Assembly (NCBI GenBank): GCA_020137815.1
Contig: CM035353.1
Coordinates: 2,666,001 to 2,730,000, forward strand
DNA length: 64,000 nt
Reading direction: 5' to 3'
Source: Hormiphora californensis
Lineage: Eukaryota > Animalia > Ctenophora
Part shown: piece after piece, positions 39,131-64,000 of the stretch
Numbering within the stretch: position 1 is the first letter of the stretch
How the letters are laid out: every line of letters begins with the position of its first letter
The notes under the pieces: model-generated
Database searches by the model: none
Seen by the model: only the letters and a program-made list of their open reading frames with translations
Told to the model about the DNA's origin: nothing
Program-made: the position numbers and the translations under genes

Positions 39131-39943
39131 TATAATCTAAGGGTTGTGAAGAAATTTAGCTAATGAGTTACCCCACTACTCTAATATCACGAGTAGGTGA
39201 AGTCTAATAAAAAGTCTATGCCGCGGGGGGGGGGGGGGGGGGGATTTTCTCGTCCCACTAGTTCTAGCGTACCAGGAAAAGGTGGGCTGAGCAATGCTCA
39301 GTGAGCATTGAAGATGGAGAGAGGGATTGTACAGTGTACGGTAAGCCCAGTATGTACCGCAAAGAACCCCCTTGCTCCACCTGAGTCAAACCTATGTGTG
39401 CTTGAAGATGCTATTTTGAGAATATTCAATATATTCTATTCGAATAGTGTACCAGGAAATGACGGAGAAAGGGGAGAAAAAGACACTGCATAGTATTCTG
39501 CACAATATGCAGTGCGGCTGACGGCTATAACATGTGCAGCATCTGTACAAAGTATAAACTAAGCTCGCAAAAAATCCCTCGCACTTTCTCGTTCAATCTC
39601 GTTCAATCCATTTATTGGAATACGAGAGGACTATGCTACAGACCCAAAATCTACCATGTGTTTTCCTTAACATCATACATCGATACATGACTTACTAATT
39701 CTACTACTGCACTACTGCACTACTTACTTCTACTACTGCACTACTTACTTCTACTACTTACTTCTACTACTGCACCCAGGATAAACAGAATAAAGGGAAG
39801 TGGGAGAGATAATATTGATTTATATTCAGAAAGGTAGCGGATAGGGTGAAATAAAACCAAAAGTCGGAACTCGGAAAGATGAAAGTCAAATAAATACTTT
39901 AAAAATAACAGGGAAGTATGTCATATTGTAAAAGATAAACATC

Positions 39944-40087
39944 TAGTGGAAGCTCTTACGGTATTCCCACGACCGTGGGAAAAGAGAGATAAATAGAAAT
40001 ACGAAGAAAGAGAAATTTCTCTTTCTTAGTATTTCTATCTATCTCTCTTTTCCCACGGTCGTGGGAATACCGTAAGAGCTTCCACTA
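39944..40087. mobile_element. Near-perfect palindromic MITE
   Basis: tagtggaagctcttacggtattccc... inverted to ...gggaataccgtaagagcttccacta. Confidence 0.7.
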
Positions 40088-40155
40088 ATCTAAATTCTCT
40101 AAAGATATAATATCATTATAATATACTCCACATGAGCTAGAACCACTTGACGGAG

Positions 40156-42528
40156 CTAACAAGCAAACGGGTCAACAAGCCCACCATTCACATTCACTTC
40201 TATAACATGCTCTTTCTCACATGTCACATGTCCTACAGTAGCAGTGGACATGACAATACTTGACCGGCATACTGGACAACTCCTTTCATCTGAAGGTAGC
40301 TCGGTGGACGGTCCTGGAGTGGTTGTCTGTGAGGATCTGACATCATCAGGTCCATTGAGAGTTACCCAAATTGTGGACTTATACCGTACTTTCGTCGGTT
40401 TGACATGAAGGGATATAAAACTATCATCCCCAGCTGATCCCTTGTACCCCATTACCATACCCTTCACTGAGGGTAAAACTTCACAGCTACCCTGTTGATG
40501 AGGATGATCAGGACCTAACAGCACCTGCCGTCTCTCCCCCAAAGTAGATATAATGACGAGGGAGTCTTGTTTAGGGTTTGAAAAGTGATATTTCACCGCC
40601 AAAGGAAGATCGTGATTGGTCCTCCACAGTTCGACACCGCCCTCCCATGTGTAGCATGTGATAGTGAGACCTGATACGATTATAACGTCATTGTGAGTGT
40701 CACGTGATAGCACCTTGTTCACGTGCCCCCGTGGGGTTATAACCTCTGAGGATTGGAGGTGAAGGGTAGGTGAGGATAGATGAGCATGGGTCTCAGGGTT
40801 CTTTGTGTCCCTCCCAATGACACCAAGACTCCACAAGAGGACGTCCTCTCCGCAGCCCAACACCAGATTCACCCCATTCTTCCCGGTTGTAAGGTGGTAG
40901 CTGTAGCAGGAAACGTATCGTAAACCAAATTCGTAGCATGTTGATATTTGGTACTCGGAAAATGATGAATCACTTCCTTTGGAGGATCGCATGACGAGGA
41001 GGTGGGTGGGAAACACCATGAGGATAAATGATGGGATGGTTGTCTTCGTGTTAAGTAGGGATAGTTTTGATGGAACTGAGGTACCTGGTAACGGAGACAG
41101 ATCTGATCTTTCTCCATGATCCCCATTTGAACCAGAACCAGTAGGATGAGGGTTTTCCCGGTGCGATGATAGTTTTGATGAAGGAGTAGCTGAAGAGGAA
41201 ACATCCGAAGTTGTACCTTGATCTACCATAAGGGGTGGAAGCTGGACAGTTATGGCAAAATCGGATGATCCTACAACTTTTTCACCGTTTGAGACTTTTG
41301 GGATGACAAACTTGGTAGGAGGCGGTGCCAGAGGGGCAGAAAGTCGTCCTTCTGTTTCGATGGGATTCCCAGATTCTTCAAACACATTTTCCGATTTCTC
41401 TACAAGAACTTGCTTTTTCTTAGGTCTACCAAGTTTCTTGCCATTGACTGTATAACCAGGTTTTGCGGGTCCCTTTGGTGGCTCCTCCTTCTTCTCAACT
41501 TTCGCAGTTTCCTGTTTTGGTTTTGGTGGTCTTCCTATTCTCTTTCCATGTCGGCTTAGCGTGGGTCCCTCACTCTTCCTTCCCCTTTCCTTCTCCCTTC
41601 GTTCCTTCCTCTTTCTCTCGCTACAAGTGGCACACATAAAGGCTCCGGTAGTAGGTTGTACGACACAGTGAAGGTGGCTCCACCCCCAGCAAGTTTCACA
41701 CTCCACCCACTCCTCATCCTCACTGCTATCCTCTTCCACAGCCCCGCACACACAATTAATTACCTCACTATCCGGCCTAGCAGCTCCGTCATCATCCGCT
41801 ACATACGTCACCACTCCCCTCCCCTCGCCCCTGTCCACAGTGCTGATCACAGGTTCGGGTAGAGTTATGGGAGGTGAGGGGGACCGCTGGGGAGGTGCTG
41901 GGCGCACTGGAGAAGCTGGGGGACTGTATTGCTCTGGTTTCGGGACCACTGGCTCTGATTTTTGTTTTTTCTTTTTCAGGTTAGCGGGCTGGTTACCAGA
42001 GTACAGTTCACCGCTATACTTTCCTGGGACGGTTCGAAGCGGTATGGACAGATCAGGTGGTCGCTCTGGGCACCTTTCCCAATTGATAGAGAGGGGGTGT
42101 TCAATAGGTTTCGAACAGTCTAGTGGTCCTAAATCAGAAAGCCCGATTATTGGCTCATCAAGCAGCGGCTCTCTTCTTTCATAGAATGCTTTGAAACCGG
42201 GACAAAACTGATAACTTGTTTCACTCCAGAAGATATCACTTAGACTTTGTCTTTCAAAAATCTTCCATTGGTTGAGGTAGGTGCGCAGTAAAATCAGGTG
42301 ATTGCCAAGCCACCATCCCTGCATATACTCGGGATATTCCAATGATTTGCAAGGAAATGTAGTATCAGAACGGTAATCTAGGGGGACATCCAAGAGTTTA
42401 CCATCTTGAGCAACTGAAACAACATGTACTGAAGAGTGGGTTATCACTAAAACTTCTTGATTCTCGTTGAAAGCACAGTCAAGAAATGCTCCTCCGACTG
42501 TCGTTACTCGTTCCCGGTTGTTTCTCAT
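40156..42528 (-). CDS. Intronless ~790-aa protein: PHD finger, two AT-hooks, C-terminal Zn ribbon
   Basis: CVCG...WVECETCWGWSHLHCV...FMCATC (PHD); RIGRPPK and KLGRPKK; CPVC...C..H; ATG at 42528 directly after a cctAG acceptor. Confidence 0.8.
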   Translation of the reverse strand: MRNNRERVTTVGGAFLDCAFNENQEVLVITHSSVHVVSVAQDGKLLDVPLDYRSDTTFPCKSLEYPEYMQGWWLGNHLILLRTYLNQWKIFERQSLSDIFWSETSYQFCPGFKAFYERREPLLDEPIIGLSDLGPLDCSKPIEHPLSINWERCPERPPDLSIPLRTVPGKYSGELYSGNQPANLKKKKQKSEPVVPKPEQYSPPASPVRPAPPQRSPSPPITLPEPVISTVDRGEGRGVVTYVADDDGAARPDSEVINCVCGAVEEDSSEDEEWVECETCWGWSHLHCVVQPTTGAFMCATCSERKRKERREKERGRKSEGPTLSRHGKRIGRPPKPKQETAKVEKKEEPPKGPAKPGYTVNGKKLGRPKKKQVLVEKSENVFEESGNPIETEGRLSAPLAPPPTKFVIPKVSNGEKVVGSSDFAITVQLPPLMVDQGTTSDVSSSATPSSKLSSHRENPHPTGSGSNGDHGERSDLSPLPGTSVPSKLSLLNTKTTIPSFILMVFPTHLLVMRSSKGSDSSFSEYQISTCYEFGLRYVSCYSYHLTTGKNGVNLVLGCGEDVLLWSLGVIGRDTKNPETHAHLSSPTLHLQSSEVITPRGHVNKVLSRDTHNDVIIVSGLTITCYTWEGGVELWRTNHDLPLAVKYHFSNPKQDSLVIISTLGERRQVLLGPDHPHQQGSCEVLPSVKGMVMGYKGSAGDDSFISLHVKPTKVRYKSTIWVTLNGPDDVRSSQTTTPGPSTELPSDERSCPVCRSSIVMSTATVGHVTCEKEHVIEVNVNGGLVDPFAC

Positions 42529-42740
42529 CCTAGGATGCAAAAATATTAATACGATTTAAACAGAATGGCAATTGGCATTCAAAACATTAAATATTCTAAC
42601 CCTATTTAGCCCTCATCCTAAAAATCGTGAGTAGTACTGACACTCAGAACTTTTTTAACATTCACGAACCCCAACACCGATTGGCATCACTTTCCAACAG
42701 CCGAAGAGAAGCTGCTGAAGAGAGAAAGGGGGTGATATTC

Positions 42741-43356
42741 TTGGCAAACGTTGCTGGCCCCCCGCGGGATAAGGCAGCGCTTTCCAAGTGACACTCGAAA
42801 CACTCGAAACACCGGAATTTTTCCATAGGGATCCCTAAAAAAGTTCAGTATTTACACAGCGTTTACACAGTCTTTACACAGTCGTTACACCCAGAGCGCC
42901 CGCGCCGCTCTGGGTGTAAAGACTGCGTCTTTCGCACTCGATTTGCAGCGTTTTCAGAAACTTTTTTCGCCGCAGCGCTCAATTTACCCAATTGTGCAGC
43001 ACACAATCCAATATTTTCTTAGAAAAAGCAGCAAAACGCAGCACGCGCCGCTCTGGGTGTAAAGACTGTGTAAAGACTGTGTAAACGCTGTGTAAATACT
43101 GAACTTTTTTAGGTATCCCTATTTTAATTTTTAATTTTCAACGGATTTTGCTCAGATTTCTCAATAAAGCCCGGCGCTTTGAATGTAACGCGCAATCATT
43201 TCAAATTGTTCGCTGTATTTGGACGCGCGCGTTTTTTATAATCAACCGTCGAACCTGTCGCGCCTTTTTTTAAAAAGTTTTTTCTTTGCGTTTTCTTTGA
43301 AAAGCCCTGCCCTGTCCCGCTGCCTTATCCCGCGGGGGCCAGCAACGTTTGCCAAT
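42741..43356. mobile_element. Nested palindromic MITEs between the divergent PHD and cadherin genes
   Basis: ttggcaaacgttgctggcccc...ggataaggcagcg inverted at ~43318-43356; inner palindrome ~42826-43122; adjacent palindrome ~43382-43514. Confidence 0.65.
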
Positions 43357-44187
43357 GCGTTTTTTTTCTTTGCGTCATCGTATGAGGAGCCTCGGAAATG
43401 TTCAAGTCGTGCACAATCAAGTCACTCCCACCAATCACAGCTCAGAATGCGCGAGCTGTGATTGGTGGGCGAGACTTGATTGTGCACGACTTGAACATTT
43501 CCGAGGCTCCTCATTTTATCAATCATCGATTATGCTGTAATATTGATGTATAGAAAACTGCAATAAAATCGACCTATGATTTTAACAAATCGAAATTTAC
43601 CCGGACAGGGAAAAATTGCTTTAAACGGCTGTTTGCTACTTTTGTTGACTGAATTAGTGAAACTCATCGGTCTCCCTTGTACCCCGGTATAACTCTTTAG
43701 GACCTCCTCACTCCTCACGTCCCAGTTGAGCTGCTTTAGAAGGCTTGTTAGTAGTGGAGGCTGGGGGCGTTCCGCGTTGCTTCGATCGACCGATCAAAAC
43801 GGCGTTCTCCTAGGACTAACAATACATAGGCCCAAAGAGATATAAATTATAATTGTACTGTATTGTATTTTATTTTATTGTATTGTATTGTATTGTTCCC
43901 ACAGAGATGTCCCAGTTGAGATTTTAAGAGATGTACCCCCTGAGACGCCATGACCCATGTCCTGCCAGATATATGTGGCTTGGTGACAATTCTGACACTC
44001 TTTTTGTGACAGTACACGACGTGTCAGGAGGAGCATCCATTATAATCTCTCATGATCTGGGAGTTAGGACGCCTCTAGGGGACTTCCCCGAGAGGTATCC
44101 CGGAGATACAGGCGAGGCCGTAAACCATAAATTGTATGATCTTTAACCCAATCTTCCATAATAGTTATGTAGGCAGAAACGTTAGAA

Positions 44188-61142
<16,955 letters not shown>

Positions 61143-61733
61143 GTAAATAGATATCAAGTTTTGGGGGATAGTCTGTGTAGTTTGTTTGTTTGTTAGTTCG
61201 TCTGTGTAGTTTGTTCGTCTGTGTAGTTTGTTTGTTCGTCTGTTTGTTCGTCTGTTTGCTGGAACCTTGGGAGTTTACAGTGTAGTTTTAGTTTTAGTCG
61301 ACCACATGTGGGAAGATTCCGGAAGAATGTTACAGTGGTGGTCTGGTTTTGTTAGAATTAGAGAGGTTGTCGAGGGTGTCTGGGTTTATTGGTAAATTGA
61401 TACTGTAGTGTATAACAGTAGTATCAGGTTTAATGTTTTGATCGGCTGTTTGGCGCCATGGACCCTAAAATATAATACATTTTACGGTATGGTCGCTTTG
61501 TAGTTTAGCTCCTTCAAATTTAGTTTTATATCTCTGTAATACACAGAGTTGTAGATTGCTGTACATGAACAGCATTTCTAATTACACGCAGAGCTACATT
61601 AATCATACACACACTATTATTACACGGTGCATGTGTATTTTATATGTCATACAATCATTGTTCAAATACTCAACATGATTGCGTTTCCATGTGGTATCAG
61701 TCTATAATATGAACATATCCCATAAAATATATA

Positions 61734-61894
61734 CAGTCGGACCCCGATTTAGTGGCCCCCGATTTAGTGGCCCCCGATTTAGTGGCACCCCGATTTAGTG
61801 GCACCCCGATTTAGTGGCACCCCGATTTAGTGGCACCCCGATTTAGTGGCAGGATTTCTTCCCCCGAGGATGTCACTAAATCGGGGTCTGACTG
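61734..61894. mobile_element. Tc1/mariner-like MITE variant with internal CCCCGATTTAGTGG repeats
   Basis: TA|CAGTCGGACCCCG...CGGGGTCTGACTG|TA. Confidence 0.78.
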
Positions 61895-62546
61895 TATATC
61901 ATACTGAGATGAATCGCTTTACACTGACACATGATACACTCAGAATAGAGGGTGACCTCACCCCGTGTGTCTCAAAGCCTCCTCTTCAGCCGCGTATCAA
62001 GTTCCTAACTCGGTGTATTTACATTCCTTAGTAGTATAGTGTGCACAGTTGGGACCCCTTTTTCGTCCTAACTGAGGCACCATTTGTATGTGCATGTCAC
62101 GTGACTTCTAATTACCAAAATTATGCGGCGCTGGCAAGAGTTGTTCACTAGGATATTAGGAGCTCCGGCAAGGGGCCGTGGAATTTATTTTGGCGCTGAC
62201 AAGAGCCCTAATTCTTGTTTGAAATTTCTGTTTGAAATCACATTACACGAATTGTACCAGGTGTTCTGTTATAAATAATGTTTTAACGTTCCGGTGACTT
62301 TCCTATTATAGAAAGGAACACGATATGAACAGCGGGTAACGGAAAGAATAGAAACGTCCGACCCATATAACACGTTATAAGTTACACTATACTAACACAC
62401 AAATAAATACGCATGCAAAGTTATATACGTACCAGCGGTGTTGTGATAAAGTGTTCACTGGAACAAAACATCTGTGTGTTTGTAAAAACAAATTAAGAGA
62501 CTGGTTTTGTTTTAAAAAAAAATAACAAAATTAATTTCTTACAACT

Positions 62547-63298
62547 TTAATTTTCATCTTCTAAATCTTTTAAAAGTAGTAACGTCTTTTCAATAACATC
62601 GAAAATATTTGCAAACTCTTTAGTATATTTTAAAAACAATTTTTTAACATCTTCAATGCTCTTCTTGTCAATTATTTTAATCAATTTTCGTTCTTTTTCG
62701 TTCAATCTTATTCGCTGAAAAACAACAAGTGGAATCACCCCATACTTTAACCCAGTAAACAAAGTTTTTATAGATTGTAAAAGTTCGTTATTGCGTGCCA
62801 CTTTTGTAAATTTCTTCTGAGAAATCAATCGACTAAGTTCTAGAAAATCTTCTATACTTTTATTATTAATTATGGAATTGGAAAAATCATTAAAAGTACT
62901 GTCCTTAAAATTAGTAATAAATTCATCGATTTGCTTTTCAAACAATTTAATGCGACTCAAATGCTGTTTCGACTCCATCAGTTTGGTTTTGTATAGACGT
63001 TCAAACTTGCGAGCCTGTTGATCTCGCAGTTGGTACAACTCCTTGTAATTTGGAATTTTCGTAGGTTCTATAGTGGAGTTCTTTTCTTCTCTATCCATAT
63101 CTCCAGGTTTGTTATCACTACTATCGTCTGTAACTATATAATTGGTGCCGTCTAGTGTAGCATTTTCAATAGGGGTAGTAGTAGTATTTTCAATAGGGGT
63201 TTCATTGTTATGATCACGGTTTTTGTGGTCAAGGAGCTCATAAAAGAAGGGAAACGATTTGTCGCACAAGTCACAAGCTTGAGTTGTATAGCAAGACA
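62547..63298 (-). CDS. Intronless AT-rich ~250-aa protein with N-terminal C2H2 zinc finger and coiled coil
   Basis: CDLCDKSF...LLDHKNRDH; composition unlike host genes. Confidence 0.65.
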
Positions 63299-64000
63299 TT
63301 TTGTTTTGTTATACAGCTCACCTTTCTCGTTTCACGAGCGATTTTGGGCTTGCCCTCGAACCCACGAACCACCTCATGGTATTATACCAGCGACTAAACC
63401 ATAGTTTACATTTAACCTCTATTAAGTCCTCTCTTCTTCTCTCACAGTAAGAGAACAAAACAGCAACTATATCTCTCAATTTCCCGCAAAATTTCTCTCT
63501 CACTCGCATGAGATTAACTCTCTCTCTCTCTCCCCTTCCATAGTTCAAGATTCGTTCTCTCTCTCTCCCCCCACTACGCGATATCGATCACGCACTAATT
63601 AAGAATTCCATTTTCCTTCCTACCTCAGTTGTATAGCAAGACATTTTGTTTTGTTATACAGCTCACCTTTCTCGTTTCACGAGCGATTTTGGGCTTGCCC
63701 TCGAACCCACGAACCACCTCATGGTATTATACCAGCGACTAAACCATAGTTTACATTTAACCTCTATTAAGTCCTCTCTTCTTCTCTCACAGTAAGAGAA
63801 CAAAACAGCAACTATATCTCTCAATTTCCCGCAAAATTTCTCTCTCACTCGCATGAGATTAACTCTCTCTCTCTCTCCCCTTCCATAGTTCAAGATTCGT
63901 TCTCTCTCTCTCCCCCCACTACGCGATATCGATCACGCACTAATTAAGAATTCCATTTTCCTTCCTACCTCAGTTGTATAGCAAGACATTTTGTTTTGTT
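63281..64000. repeat. 345-bp tandem repeat (at least 2 near-identical units) including the ORF start
   Basis: ORF track shows identical 76-aa ORFs 345 bp apart; agttgtatagcaagacat recurs three times. Confidence 0.92.

Larger units (their letters stand above)
62030..64000. mobile_element. Possible Polinton/Maverick-like element end
   Basis: Begins AGTAGTATAGT; followed by an AT-rich intronless ORF and a 345-bp tandem repeat; no core gene in window. Confidence 0.35.

Overview
Eukaryotic, intron-rich genomic DNA, most likely from a pleurobrachiid ctenophore. This rests on my recall that a 38-nt motif here matches the ctenophore trans-spliced leader and that the abundant CAGGAACCGACCGA MITE occurs in Pleurobrachia; neither was searched. 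Host genes: two tandem 8-exon ferroportin(SLC40)-like MFS genes (+); a minus-strand class I PI3K p110-like ABD-RBD gene whose ~23-kb intron holds two 3-exon tectonin lectin genes (+) and a nest of transposons; an intronless PHD/AT-hook gene (-); and a large multi-exon cadherin gene (+) running off the window. Mobile DNA: two apparently full-length L2-group LINEs, a CR1-like LINE with a 2A-like NPGP motif, many fold-back MITEs (Kolobok-, hAT-, Chapaev-, Tc1/mariner-like) and a possible Polinton end. Main observation: the two divergent L2-group LINEs begin with an identical 38-nt spliced-leader-like sequence ending in AG, sit sense-oriented in a host intron behind U-rich tracts, and both keep an A_AAA_AAC slippery heptamer where ORF2 overlaps ORF1 in the -1 frame. 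This suggests a retrotransposon whose 5' end is made by SL trans-splicing and whose ORF2 is made by ribosomal frameshifting. A second pattern is minisatellites whose units are copies of the splice acceptors or branch points of adjacent exons. Exon structures were inferred by eye, and ~14.9-18.3 kb looks error-rich.
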